From a virus (Duplodnaviria; Heunggongvirae; Uroviricota; Caudoviricetes): a DNA stretch of 33,177 nucleotides. The position numbers and the translations under genes were made by a program. Every line of letters begins with the position of its first letter. Positions within the stretch are counted from its first letter, which is position 1. The notes under the pieces are model-generated. The model had not been told where the DNA came from. It was given only the letters and a program-made list of their open reading frames with translations, and ran no database searches. This document shows, piece by piece, positions 5,129 to 15,395 of the stretch. Location: IMG/VR virus record IMGVR_UViG_3300010352_001127. One strand, given 5' to 3'.

Positions 5129-5329
5129 TTATAAATTAACTTGTATGTATAACGCATATGACACCAATGCACTTATTAAAAAAATCAAAAAAGTAGAAAT
5201 ATAGAACATTATTCTAACAAATTTTGTCATACCATTAAACGGGTTGTTCGGTCTTTTTCTTGCAAATATTAAAATTGTAAAAAAAAAATGAACGCGAACC
5301 ACATTAATACAGCTGTTGCAATTGACCAT
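5129..5329 (-). CDS. Small hydrophobic hypothetical protein (start uncertain)
   Basis: ORF track; C-terminal hydrophobic helix. Confidence 0.35.
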   Translation of the reverse strand: MVNCNSCINVVRVHFFFTILIFARKRPNNPFNGMTKFVRIMFYISTFLIFLISALVSYALYIQVNL

Positions 5330-5355
5330 CCCATATTTAATATTTATTTAATTAT

Positions 5356-5631
5356 TTAATTTTTCTGAATTTTAATTTCAAATCTAGTCCAGACAATCCA
5401 ACCATCAACGACTTTATGATTAATATCTATTTCAAAATTTATTGGAATATTGTTTTCATGTAAAAAATTCCAAATTAAATCATGCATTCTTTTTAGATCA
5501 CCATCCACGATTAAATTACCTTCTACATACATTTTATGTTCGCAAGAACAAGTTGTATTGAATCCATTATCTCGTAAAAGTTTAACAACATCACGAATTC
5601 CTTCTTCTATATTTTCATCATACCAATTCAA
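5356..5631 (-). CDS. Hypothetical protein with IEEGIRDVVKLL...GFNTTCSCEH motif
   Basis: Protein-like ORF in the co-directional run. Confidence 0.7.
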   Translation of the reverse strand: MNWYDENIEEGIRDVVKLLRDNGFNTTCSCEHKMYVEGNLIVDGDLKRMHDLIWNFLHENNIPINFEIDINHKVVDGWIVWTRFEIKIQKN

Positions 5632-5655
5632 CTCTCAATAATTTTATTTTTCTAA

Positions 5656-6009
5656 TTATTTATTTATTGTATCTATTTTAATAACATTGAAATATCTTAT
5701 ATTAGATATAAATGTTTCATAAGATCCTACTCCTTGACCTTTATTCCACACGACGCATCTCAGATCTCCATTTTCCTGTTCTAATTTAACGTTAGTTACT
5801 TTGCAAAAATCATGTTGAATTGTGTCAGTTTCTCCATTAGAAAATGTAACAGATAACGTATATTTAATGTCATATACTGGAGTATTATCCATAGAACCAC
5901 AACCTGTTATAATTAGAAACGCAATTATAAAAATAAAAGCAAATATTTTTCCCATATTATCTGTTATAAAAATCGTAAATATTTTCCTTTTTAAAATGAA
6001 CAACTTCAT
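5656..6009 (-). CDS. Putative lipoprotein (true start probably internal, MGKIF...)
   Basis: Hydrophobic stretch followed by LIITG-C lipobox-like motif. Confidence 0.6.
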   Translation of the reverse strand: MKLFILKRKIFTIFITDNMGKIFAFIFIIAFLIITGCGSMDNTPVYDIKYTLSVTFSNGETDTIQHDFCKVTNVKLEQENGDLRCVVWNKGQGVGSYETFISNIRYFNVIKIDTINK

Positions 6010-6250
6010 CTATATCCAAATCCACCATAACAAGAGCGTCAGATACTCTTCCAGTCATATCATCTCCATTGACTTCTGTAACAATTACATGAAATCTTTC
6101 TTTATTATTAGCGCAAATCTTAACTACATCTCCAATTTTAATAGTATCAAGTTCTTCTTGACAAGGAGCCCAGAAAGTTTCAGGATGATTTTCGTGCATC
6201 TTTTGTGCATCAACAAAAAATATATCTTTTTTCATCTTCACGATCTCCAA
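5957..6250 (-). CDS. Hypothetical protein, DUF2314/YegJ-like
   Basis: IKIGDVVKI...ERFHVIVTEV...MTGRV pattern. Confidence 0.55.
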   Translation of the reverse strand: MEIVKMKKDIFFVDAQKMHENHPETFWAPCQEELDTIKIGDVVKICANNKERFHVIVTEVNGDDMTGRVSDALVMVDLDIDEVVHFKKENIYDFYNR

Positions 6251-6286
6251 TCTTTTTCATTTCCACATACGACAATGTGTGTCATT

Positions 6287-6637
6287 TTAATCTACTTTTT
6301 TAAGATTCAACTTATATCCTTTATTGCCTTGTTTCTTTGCAGTAAATTTCTTAGATTTCTTTACTTTAAATTTATTTGCAAGACCTGTAATTGACATCAC
6401 GTCTCCCTTATGTGGCTTAGCGTTTGGTCCGAAAAGATCTTTAAAATCCTGTCTTTCTATGATAACTTTCATACTATCACATTCGTCAGTAAGCTTACTT
6501 TCATTTATTTTGATATTGATAGTATTCTCACTAAAGACTTTATCCACGTGTTCACTCAATGTTTCTACTTTTTCAACTTGTGGTTCTTCTTTCACTGCAG
6601 CTTCATAAATAGCTTCCTTAATTACTAAATTTTTCAT
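6287..6637 (-). CDS. Hypothetical protein
   Basis: ORF in the co-directional run. Confidence 0.65.
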   Translation of the reverse strand: MKNLVIKEAIYEAAVKEEPQVEKVETLSEHVDKVFSENTINIKINESKLTDECDSMKVIIERQDFKDLFGPNAKPHKGDVMSITGLANKFKVKKSKKFTAKKQGNKGYKLNLKKVD

Positions 6638-6717
6638 GTTTTAAATTTTTAATTGTTTTATAAATTATAGATTGATTTTTATAGTTTGTTTTCAAAACAT
6701 CCAAACTTGTTTTTCAT

Positions 6718-6966
6718 TTAGAATTCTGTTAATTTTGGATATCCGTGATTATCGTTTTCAATGGCTTTTCTTATCCAACGCATTAAGGTAATGGCTTTAT
6801 AAGTTGGATTAAAATACATATTCTTGTGCTCAATAGGATCGGTTGAATCCATTTCCAATTGATATGTTGTATCGCCGACCTTGATCAAATAAACAACTAT
6901 TCCATTACAAACGTGACTGAAATTGGCGGTAGTTCCTTTAACTATCTCCTTTAAAGTGTGTTTCAT
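6718..6966 (-). CDS. Hypothetical phage protein
   Basis: ORF with KAITLMRWIRKAI C-terminal motif; ATGA overlap with the upstream ORF. Confidence 0.7.
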   Translation of the reverse strand: MKHTLKEIVKGTTANFSHVCNGIVVYLIKVGDTTYQLEMDSTDPIEHKNMYFNPTYKAITLMRWIRKAIENDNHGYPKLTEF

Positions 6967-7103
6967 CTTCTACTTTTAATTTTCTTTTTTTTGGGTTTTG
7001 GTGTTGGTTTTGGTTTTGGGTTGGATGCATATTCATACAATAAAGCTCCAACTAGAAAAACGGATCCAGCGATTAAAATCTTTTCTAAAAAAGATGTTTT
7101 CAT
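6963..7103 (-). CDS. 46-aa membrane peptide with PKPKPTPKPKKK tail (not in ORF track)
   Basis: MKTSFLEKILIAGSVFLVGALLYEYASNPKPKPTPKPKKKIKSRR*; stop overlaps the next ATG (ATGA). Confidence 0.6.
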   Translation of the reverse strand: MKTSFLEKILIAGSVFLVGALLYEYASNPKPKPTPKPKKKKIKSRR

Positions 7104-7143
7104 GATCTATGTTTTAAAAGGGAGTCTTTTTGACCCCCTTGTT

Positions 7144-7794
7144 TTATGATCTGTTTTCTAAGTCTTTGTATTCTTTATTTAAATCTAATGAAGCGAAATC
7201 ATCAGCAGATTTAGCCATTCTGTATTTAGTAGCATAATTACTAGCAGACATAAAAGCTGTGTTTACTCCCGGGGCATCAGCTGACCATGTTACTGTATTA
7301 AATTTATTAATACCAATTTTTCCGCCTTCTGCCATAGCATCTTGATTAGCACCAAGATAGATGAAATTCCAACCTTTCTTTTCGCGTTTTGATATTTTTT
7401 CGAAAATTCCTGTTCTGTCGAAGTCTGTGCTTCTGTTTTCTTTTCCGTCTGTGAGAATAACAAAAAGAACTTTCTCGGGTTTTTCTTCCTCTGCGGTTTC
7501 TTTTAATTTTGATTTAAGCTGATCAATAGTATGACCAATAGCATCATAAAGACGAGTATAAGTAGTTGGTTTGTAACTAGTTTCATCAAGCAATGGTAAA
7601 TCTTGAATTGAGCGATTTTCGTAAACTTTTTCGATTTTTGTGTTGAATTTTACTAAAGTACAGTCAGCTAGACCTTCTACTTTCTTTTGTTCTCTAATAA
7701 AATTGTTGAATGCACCAATGGTGTCGCTCTTAATGTCGCCCATAGAACCGGATTCATCTAGGACAAATGCGATCCACGTCAAATTTTCTTTCAT
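7144..7794 (-). CDS. von Willebrand factor A (vWA) domain protein
   Basis: FVLDESGSM MIDAS motif, TRLYDAIG, ILTDGKEN; GGAGG upstream. Confidence 0.9.
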   Translation of the reverse strand: MKENLTWIAFVLDESGSMGDIKSDTIGAFNNFIREQKKVEGLADCTLVKFNTKIEKVYENRSIQDLPLLDETSYKPTTYTRLYDAIGHTIDQLKSKLKETAEEEKPEKVLFVILTDGKENRSTDFDRTGIFEKISKREKKGWNFIYLGANQDAMAEGGKIGINKFNTVTWSADAPGVNTAFMSASNYATKYRMAKSADDFASLDLNKEYKDLENRS

Positions 7795-7935
7795 TTTAAC
7801 CTCCTTTTTTATTTTTTATTTCTGTAATATCAGTTTTTTCATTGCTCATCACAATTCTAAAGTGTTAACACTCAAAACTAATATTGACCAAAAGTGCTAT
7901 TATATATAAATATACTATCGGCCGTTGTTTTATTT

Positions 7936-8154
7936 TTATTTATAAATATATTCTATTTTTGAAATAAATATTTTTTTCCACCAAGGCAAATTATACCATT
8001 CCACAACCCTACTTTGTTGTAATATTATTCTATCTGTTATTCTATCCAGTTCGGGCCATTGGCCTCTCACGCTTTCAAGATAAGCTAATCCGTATAATGG
8101 TTCATTTTCCCAAATTTCTTCACCGTATGGATCTATTTCAGAATATTTGTTCAT
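7936..8154 (-). CDS. Hypothetical protein
   Basis: ORF starting MNKYSEIDPYGEEIW. Confidence 0.6.
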   Translation of the reverse strand: MNKYSEIDPYGEEIWENEPLYGLAYLESVRGQWPELDRITDRIILQQSRVVEWYNLPWWKKIFISKIEYIYK

Positions 8155-8158
8155 TTTT

Positions 8159-8251
8159 TTACATTAAGAAATTATACACCACTGTTTCAACAGCAATAAT
8201 AATCGCCGTAGTCATAAGAGCTGTTACTACAATAATATCCAATCTTTTCAT
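8159..8251 (-). CDS. 30-aa hydrophobic peptide (not in ORF track)
   Basis: MKRLDIIVVTALMTTAIIIAVETVVYNFLM*, fills the gap upstream of 7936-8154. Confidence 0.4.
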   Translation of the reverse strand: MKRLDIIVVTALMTTAIIIAVETVVYNFLM

Positions 8252-8330
8252 TTTATATTTTTTTTTATTTGATTTTAGTTTAAACTCTTTTGCCAACTGC
8301 GAATATAAAAATAAAATTCCAAATAACAAA

Positions 8331-9149
8331 ATGATTACAAATAAAATTTATTATGGAGACTCAATGATATTGTCAAAAAATTTGCCAGACAATTACTTAG
8401 ATTTAGTGATCACAAGTCCCCCATACTCTTCGATGAAAAGCTATGGTAAAAAAATAAATAATTTTTCTCCAAGAAACTACAACGATTGGTTTTTGCCTCT
8501 AGCTAAAGAAATAAGTAGAAGTTTGAAACCCGCAGGGTCGTTCGTTCTAAATATAAACGATAAAGTTGTAAATGGCTTCAGGGATTTATATGTATTCGAA
8601 TTAGTCATTAGAATATGCCAGGAAACAGATCTCAGCCTATATGATAGATATATATGGCATAAAAAGAACGCTCGTCCAGGAAGTGGTGATAGACTTAATG
8701 ACTGGATGGAATATATTTTTCATTTTTCCAAAACAACACAAATTAAAAATAGAGTAGATAGAGTCAGAGAGCCTTATGCTGAAAGCACTATAAAAAGATA
8801 TAAATCTCCTGTTGCTTTTAATAAGAAAACTGATGATAATGGTATAACCAGCATTGGTGATAAAAAGATGGTTAAACAAAATCCACTTGGTAAAAAACCA
8901 TCTACTGTTATGAGATTTAATAATGCTGGTGTTTTAAAAGGCGGAACATCTGGAAAACATCCAGCTCCATTTCATCCAGATCTTCCAGAGTTTTTTATAA
9001 AATGGTTAACTGATGAAAATGATATAGTTCTAGATCCCTTCATGGGAAGTGGCACAACGGCAGAAGTTTGTAAGAAATTGAATCGTCAATATATTGGATT
9101 TGAATTAAATGAAAGTTATAAAGATCTTATAGAAGAAAGACTGTATTAA
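8331..9149 (+). CDS. Orphan N4-C/N6-A DNA methyltransferase, beta class (start revised from 8097 to ATG 8331)
   Basis: KIYYGDS...VITSPPY (motif IV) preceding VLDPFMGSGTT (motif I); GKHPAPF. Confidence 0.92.
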   Translation: MITNKIYYGDSMILSKNLPDNYLDLVITSPPYSSMKSYGKKINNFSPRNYNDWFLPLAKEISRSLKPAGSFVLNINDKVVNGFRDLYVFELVIRICQETDLSLYDRYIWHKKNARPGSGDRLNDWMEYIFHFSKTTQIKNRVDRVREPYAESTIKRYKSPVAFNKKTDDNGITSIGDKKMVKQNPLGKKPSTVMRFNNAGVLKGGTSGKHPAPFHPDLPEFFIKWLTDENDIVLDPFMGSGTTAEVCKKLNRQYIGFELNESYKDLIEERLY

Positions 9150-10810
9150 GAGTGTTTTTGAGTTCTTATAGAAGCGACAGATTGAACATCATCGTTTTTT
9201 TCTCTTTTGATATCTTCTTCTTTTTGTTTTCTAATCCTTCTTAATTGTTTCACAGTGCGAAGTATCCACGGCGTTTCGGGATCAACATAATTCACATCTT
9301 CTTCTATATCAGCCTCTTCCCACGCCAAATCTTTGGAAGAAGTTTCGTTTTTTTTTGAGTCACTGCTCTCAATCTGTTCTGGTTTAATTTCCTCTGTTAT
9401 ATTTTCTTCTATAATTGGTTCTTCTGGAGTTTCTTCAGTGTTGGGTTTCCTAATAAGAATATCTTGAATTTGTGGATCATCGACTGAAAATTCCAAATAT
9501 GGAACCGCTTCAATTTCTTCATCTTTTTTGATACATATAATTTCACTTAGGTTGGCGTAATCTGGATTTAGTTCTTTTATCCCCATTTCGTCGAATTGAA
9601 TAAGAACTCTGTTTTTTTCTAAATCAGATTTTATTATTATTCCTTTACCGAAAGTATTATGATAAACTCTTAATCCTTCTATTATGTTTGTTTTAATCAG
9701 TTCTACTTTTTCCTCTGTATAACCATCTGGACAATCTTTGAGTAAAGGTTCGTTTTTTTTTAAATCGATTTCTTCCGCTTGTTCTATTTCTTCTTCTTGA
9801 TCTTCCTCTTCTTTATATATTGGATGATATGTTGTGGTAGCCAAAAATTCTTTGACTGGCTCTTCTTTTATTGGCTCTTTAATTGACTCTTCTTTAATTG
9901 GCTCTTTTTCTAGGACGGGCTCAATTTTTTCTATTTTATCTTCTTTTTTCTCTGTGTTTTTTTCTTTATCTTCTTTCTTTTCTTCTTCTTTCTCAAACGT
10001 AGTCAATCTATTTAAACCAATTAATAATCCTATTGATAATGGATCACAAACTAGAATGATCATCAAAGTGATCCAGTTGACAATTTTATCCATTGGAGCA
10101 CCTGTTAAATCAGATATAAACTTATACGGTCCAATTTCTGTAGAAACATCGGAGTTCTTTAATTCCATTATTTTTATATCATAATAAGCTATTGAATCAT
10201 TTACAGATGATGTTTCTTTCATTTTACCTGTAATGTCTTCATTTAAAAATTTAATCTGTTCGTCTTGACTCGATATAGATGCTAAGTTTCTATCAGCAGC
10301 CGAAACTTGTCTTCTATTGTATAATGTATCCAATCTTCTTTCTTGGCCGCTTCTTAAATTTGTCAATTGTGTAATTCTATTATTATCACTTTCTATCGCT
10401 TTATTTATTCTGTCTAATTGATCTACAAACAAAGCTTTGCGATTTTCCATAATTTTTATTTGAGAATCACGATATTCAACTTTATTTGCGGTCTTTTGAT
10501 AACTGCCCGTAAGATATCCATAAACACCTACGGATGTCAAAAACATAATAAACACTATACAAAAAGTAAAAAACCATTTAAACCATCCTATACTTTTCCA
10601 AAATCTATATACATAAGAAACAACAACTATTTTAGCTACTTCCAAAACGCCAGCTAGTGCTGTTATTGTCCAGCCTGCAGCGTGAAAAAGACTTGATAGA
10701 CCAAATATTGAATAGAAAGCTGCTATTCCTGATAGACCAAATACTACCACTGTGAGAGCTAAAACCCAAAACCAATTTTTATTTTTGAAATTATTTATAT
10801 TAAAATGCAC
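9146..10810 (-). CDS. Membrane-anchored coiled-coil protein with acidic tail and SH3-like domain
   Basis: Three N-terminal TM segments, coiled coil, fourth TM, E/K-rich linker, VYHNTFGKGII SH3-like motif. Confidence 0.8.
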   Translation of the reverse strand: MHFNINNFKNKNWFWVLALTVVVFGLSGIAAFYSIFGLSSLFHAAGWTITALAGVLEVAKIVVVSYVYRFWKSIGWFKWFFTFCIVFIMFLTSVGVYGYLTGSYQKTANKVEYRDSQIKIMENRKALFVDQLDRINKAIESDNNRITQLTNLRSGQERRLDTLYNRRQVSAADRNLASISSQDEQIKFLNEDITGKMKETSSVNDSIAYYDIKIMELKNSDVSTEIGPYKFISDLTGAPMDKIVNWITLMIILVCDPLSIGLLIGLNRLTTFEKEEEKKEDKEKNTEKKEDKIEKIEPVLEKEPIKEESIKEPIKEEPVKEFLATTTYHPIYKEEEDQEEEIEQAEEIDLKKNEPLLKDCPDGYTEEKVELIKTNIIEGLRVYHNTFGKGIIIKSDLEKNRVLIQFDEMGIKELNPDYANLSEIICIKKDEEIEAVPYLEFSVDDPQIQDILIRKPNTEETPEEPIIEENITEEIKPEQIESSDSKKNETSSKDLAWEEADIEEDVNYVDPETPWILRTVKQLRRIRKQKEEDIKREKNDDVQSVASIRTQKHS

Positions 10811-10866
10811 TCTAAAATTATTATTTTTTGAATATATATTAATTATAATAAATGATTTTTTGTAAT

Positions 10867-11532
10867 TTATTGAGAATCATCACTTTCCTTCTTTTTCTTT
10901 ATAATTTCATCTCTAATTTCAGAAGCTTTTTCATATTCTTCTTCGTCGATGGCTTTCTGGAGAAGTTCGTTTAATTCCTTTAAAGTGAAACCGTGAAGTC
11001 TATCTTTATCAGCTACTACTTGTGTGCCTATTTGACCTCCCTTTTTTATATCATAATATTTTTTAACTATTTCATCTACTTTATCTAATACATTATCGTA
11101 TATGTAAATTGGATAATTCATTCTAACTGATATGGCTAAAGCATCTGCTGTGCGAAGTTCTACTTTAAGTTTCTTTCCAACAAGATGTGTGAATAATATA
11201 TCGTTTTTAAAATCTGATATAAGAATCTCATTGAATTTCACATTTTTATCAGCAATAACTTTTTTTAAAACATCGTAAACTAAAGGAATTATTGGTAATA
11301 CTTTTTCAACTTCAATAGCTATGGCTTGTGCTTCAAAATAATTAATTATCACAGGCACTTTCCTTTCTTTACCACCATCTTCACCCAAAATAACTATATA
11401 AAGAGTTTGATCTCCACTTTTTGTGTAGGATATACCAAGAATATCAAGCTTTATCTTTTTGTTTAGTTCGTTTTGATCTTTAATTAAAAGTTTTATTAAT
11501 CTGTCTCTTATAGCCATAAGTATTTTTCTCAT
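10867..11532 (-). CDS. DUF151 bifunctional-nuclease-family protein with C-terminal UVR coiled coil
   Basis: RKVPVIINYFEAQAIA, ELRTADALAIS..NYPIYI, LQKAIDEEEYEKASEIRDEI. Confidence 0.85.
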   Translation of the reverse strand: MRKILMAIRDRLIKLLIKDQNELNKKIKLDILGISYTKSGDQTLYIVILGEDGGKERKVPVIINYFEAQAIAIEVEKVLPIIPLVYDVLKKVIADKNVKFNEILISDFKNDILFTHLVGKKLKVELRTADALAISVRMNYPIYIYDNVLDKVDEIVKKYYDIKKGGQIGTQVVADKDRLHGFTLKELNELLQKAIDEEEYEKASEIRDEIIKKKKESDDSQ

Positions 11533-11615
11533 CCCTCATTGTTTTTATATTTTAATAAACTTTTTGTTTTTATTTTTTAATATATATAAAAAAATAATAG
11601 ACCCATATTCCTTTA

Positions 11616-14600
11616 ATGAAACCAATCGATATTATAACCAAGCAAATGCACACCATCAACGACGACAATCTTACTGTTTTGAGAGAAGCAAGGGATCTTT
11701 GGGGCGGAATGTTTGATTCGAAGAAGAAAGAGATTATCGCCAAAATGAAAAGTCTCGGAATTCAAGAGACTCATTTTATTGTAAACAAGGATTATACTGT
11801 AGATACTACAAAAGATGTTATGATAATAACAAAGAAATTTGAAACTTGTCCTGTTGAGTTCAACGTGGCACATGGCAATTTTATATGGCATTATGCCAGT
11901 CTAACAAGTATGAAGAATCTACCGAAAATAGTTAAAGGAAATTTTGTAATATCTAATAACAAAATTAAATCAATGCAAGATTCGCCAACAACAATAGTAG
12001 TAGGTCAATTCAATTGCACTGGAAACCCTTTAAAAAATTTAAAAGGAGGTCCTTTAAAAACTGGAGATTATATTGCTATGATGTGCGGATTAGAATCTTT
12101 GGAAGGATCTCCCGATGAAGTAAGTGGAAATTTCTTAGTTGGTAGTAATAATCTCACGTCACTCGAACACAGTCCAAACGTAGTTAAGGGTCTATATGAT
12201 TGCAGCAACAACAAATTAAAAAGTTTGGATGGAATAACAGAAGGACTAAATAGAATAAAATCAGATGGTAATTTAGTAGATTTAAAATTAATTCCAAAAT
12301 CAGAAAAGTCAGAAAAGAAAGAGGATAATCAACTCCATTTAGATTTTAATAAATGGAAAATTAAAGATAAAGTTGTTTATCATAAACCTGGTAGTATATT
12401 TGACGAGATTAAAGGAATGATTAGAGATGTAGAAGATCCAACCGCAAAAACCCCTGAAACAAGATATCAAGTTTGGTTTAAGAAAAATGATAATCCATCG
12501 ATTGAGAAAGATTTCTCAATTTTACATATAAAAGGAGAACATTTAAGAAAATGGGAAGAAGATTTTGAAATAAATGATCAAGTAATTTATAGAAATTCTA
12601 AAAGTAAATATAATGGTTATAAAGGAGAGATAGTTACTATTGAAACTATGGGTGAAGAAAAATCTTATAAAGTTAAATTTGATTTCGAATATAATCCAGG
12701 TCTTGTAAATATTGTGAGTGATAAAAATAAAACAGCTGGAAACATAAGAGTAAAGGACATAAAAGGAGAAAATTTAGAGAAAATAAATTGGAAAGACAGC
12801 CCTTTTGCAGATATTATTGTAAGTGATGATGAAAAAATAAGAGTTGAAAAAGATCCTAAAAACAATTTTATTGTTGGTGAAAAAGCCTATTTTGCTGGAA
12901 GAACTGTTATATTGTTAAATCTAAAAACACCTTTAATATGGAATGTTGAATACGAATTTCCTTCAAAAGACGAAGATGAAATATTTGCAGTTCATTGTGA
13001 TAATTTGACAAAAATTAAAAAACAAGACGAACCTGTTTGGAAAATTCTTGATCCAATTGTTTATCTTGATCCTAATGGACCTTATGACAAATGTAAAGGT
13101 CTTATTAGTTATGTTAGTGGTAACGGTGGTGTTATAGATATTGATATATTAGATAAAAAAGGAAATCGAGTAGAATTAACAAATGTTGATCATAAAAAAT
13201 TAGAAAAAGACATCACTCCTAAATCGGATAAGAAAAAGAAAAAATTTAAAGCAGGAGATAATATAATTTATTTATCGACGAGTGAAAATGATAAAAATAA
13301 AAGACTACATTTATGTAAAGGAAAAATATTTTGTTCTAATGTGGCTATTTCTCCTGATGGTAGAAAAGGAACTTATGATGTAAGAATTATTGATAGAGAT
13401 GGTAGAGAAGAAACTGTGTTTTGGGTAGGCCCCGAAAATCTTAAATCACAAGAAGATAAATTCGCTAAGGGCGATAAGATCATATATAATAAAAAAGATG
13501 ACGAATATGACGGCAAAATAGGAACTGTCGTAGATGTAGATAAAGACAAATATATATTATCTTTAAATATAGATAAAGATCTTGTCACGATTTCAGCGGT
13601 AGATTCTGATAATTTGACTAAATATATAAAGCCATTTGAGGCTAGAGTGCATATAAACGATGAAGTAATTTATACAAGAGAAGATAGTAAATATTTTGGA
13701 TGCAACGGAATCGTTACATCATACGACGTTTCTGCTGATAAATTTTCAGTTGAAATAAAATCTAAAGACAATAGAGTTATTAAAATTCAAACTAAAGATG
13801 AAAATCTTGAACTGATTCCTCCAAAAAAGGAATTTAAAAAGGGAGATAAAATAAGGTATATTAATAGTGAAAGCCCTCACGACGGTTTAATTGGTCAAGT
13901 GGAAGAAAAGAAAGCAAACGGTCAATATAGTATCAAATTGAAAAATTCTAGAGGTGATAAAATATATCTAACGACCAGCGCAGATTTTCTTATTCTCCTA
14001 GAAGAATCTTCAGATGTTGAATCTGGAGAAATTAAATATGGAGATTATGTAAAATACACATTTCCAGGTAGTAAACATGACGGTAGAATAGGAATATTTC
14101 AAGGAACAAGAGAAAAAGATGGAGCGTGGATTGTTCAATTTGATGACGACATATCATATTTAAAACTTTATGTTGATCCTGGAACTTTACATTTAACCAA
14201 TGAAAGACCATCTAAAAAACCCATTGCGACTACAACACATACTCCACCGGCTACAACAACGAGAAAGAAAAAGAAAAAAGAAAAACCAATACCAAGAAAG
14301 CCAGTTTTAGTTTATAATAGAAGAAATGTAGCCAAAAGAGCCTACAGACCTCCAACGACCGGAGCGACTGAAACAATAGAAGATCTAGAACCAATCGAAT
14401 TCAGAATTGGAGACAAAATAAAAGTCACTAAAGAAGGAGAATATAAAGGACAAATAGGTGAAATAACGAGTACTTGGAAGGAGCATGATGGAACTAAAAA
14501 ATATTCCATTAGATTAAGTACGATGCCTTATTATAGATACGTCGTTGGTGGCTGTAGTGAAGATGAAATGGAGTTAGTTGATGGAGATGAAAATTCTAGT

Positions 14601-15389
14601 GAGTTAGAAGATGACGTAAAAGTTGGTGATAAAGTAATTATCAATAATTCTCAATTTGTCGTTAGTGGTTCGGAAGGAGTAATAGAAAGACTGCCTATTT
14701 CTACGGATATTCCATCGAACAGAAGATATGAAATATCTGTTAGTAATCTATCAATTTGGCTTACTAGAGATCAATTCAAAAAGAAAAAGGATGAAAAAGA
14801 AAAAATTGAATTTTCAAGAGGCGACAGTGTAAAAATTAAAAATACAGACATTAAAGGAAAAATATTAGGTAAATGGGTAGTAAAAGGAGTCACTAAATAT
14901 TCCGTTAAAAAACCAAACGGATTGGTAGTATTTGGTGATAAACCAGGGCTTGTTGGAGGACTTAAAGCGGAAGAATTAGAAAAAATTGATGATAGTGAGT
15001 TAGAAGATAAAAAAGAAAAAGAAGGTGAGTTTTTTCCAGGCGATAGAGTGAGAATAAAAGAAGATGGAAATGTTGGAACGATATTAGATAAATGGCCGTA
15101 TAGTGGAAAGCTAAGATATTCTGTGAAAATGCCAGAAGGCGGACCAGTTATTTTCTCCACAAAATCAAGATCAGAATTATCACCGACTGGTTTTTCTGCG
15201 GATGAATTAGAGAAATTACCGTACGATATAGAAGTTGGCGACATTTTCGTTAGTAAATCAAATAATAATATGAAATTACAAATTATGGAAAAACACGACA
15301 ACGATAGATATTTAGTAAAATATTTGAGTGATAATACTGAAAATGAAATAAGTGGAAGCACTATATACAAATGGTGGAGAAAAAAATAA
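11616..15389 (+). CDS. 1257-aa protein: N-terminal LRR-like repeats plus about 14 KOW/SH3-like repeats
   Basis: SLEGSPDEVSGNF / LTSLEHSP repeats; recurrent F.xGD.V.Y...Y.G..G.I motifs. Confidence 0.85.
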   Translation: MKPIDIITKQMHTINDDNLTVLREARDLWGGMFDSKKKEIIAKMKSLGIQETHFIVNKDYTVDTTKDVMIITKKFETCPVEFNVAHGNFIWHYASLTSMKNLPKIVKGNFVISNNKIKSMQDSPTTIVVGQFNCTGNPLKNLKGGPLKTGDYIAMMCGLESLEGSPDEVSGNFLVGSNNLTSLEHSPNVVKGLYDCSNNKLKSLDGITEGLNRIKSDGNLVDLKLIPKSEKSEKKEDNQLHLDFNKWKIKDKVVYHKPGSIFDEIKGMIRDVEDPTAKTPETRYQVWFKKNDNPSIEKDFSILHIKGEHLRKWEEDFEINDQVIYRNSKSKYNGYKGEIVTIETMGEEKSYKVKFDFEYNPGLVNIVSDKNKTAGNIRVKDIKGENLEKINWKDSPFADIIVSDDEKIRVEKDPKNNFIVGEKAYFAGRTVILLNLKTPLIWNVEYEFPSKDEDEIFAVHCDNLTKIKKQDEPVWKILDPIVYLDPNGPYDKCKGLISYVSGNGGVIDIDILDKKGNRVELTNVDHKKLEKDITPKSDKKKKKFKAGDNIIYLSTSENDKNKRLHLCKGKIFCSNVAISPDGRKGTYDVRIIDRDGREETVFWVGPENLKSQEDKFAKGDKIIYNKKDDEYDGKIGTVVDVDKDKYILSLNIDKDLVTISAVDSDNLTKYIKPFEARVHINDEVIYTREDSKYFGCNGIVTSYDVSADKFSVEIKSKDNRVIKIQTKDENLELIPPKKEFKKGDKIRYINSESPHDGLIGQVEEKKANGQYSIKLKNSRGDKIYLTTSADFLILLEESSDVESGEIKYGDYVKYTFPGSKHDGRIGIFQGTREKDGAWIVQFDDDISYLKLYVDPGTLHLTNERPSKKPIATTTHTPPATTTRKKKKKEKPIPRKPVLVYNRRNVAKRAYRPPTTGATETIEDLEPIEFRIGDKIKVTKEGEYKGQIGEITSTWKEHDGTKKYSIRLSTMPYYRYVVGGCSEDEMELVDGDENSSELEDDVKVGDKVIINNSQFVVSGSEGVIERLPISTDIPSNRRYEISVSNLSIWLTRDQFKKKKDEKEKIEFSRGDSVKIKNTDIKGKILGKWVVKGVTKYSVKKPNGLVVFGDKPGLVGGLKAEELEKIDDSELEDKKEKEGEFFPGDRVRIKEDGNVGTILDKWPYSGKLRYSVKMPEGGPVIFSTKSRSELSPTGFSADELEKLPYDIEVGDIFVSKSNNNMKLQIMEKHDNDRYLVKYLSDNTENEISGSTIYKWWRKK

Positions 15390-15395
15390 TATAAT

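Noticed and set aside
5450-6628. Plus-strand ORFs in the track (5450, 5822, 6324, 6410)
   Set aside because: Antisense to a tightly packed minus-strand gene run, with atypical composition
7861-7872. 12-bp palindrome AGTGTTAACACT upstream of the vWA gene
   Set aside because: Single copy with no supporting context
8097-8330. N-terminal extension of the methyltransferase ORF
   Set aside because: It overlaps minus-strand ORFs; family-like sequence begins at ATG 8331
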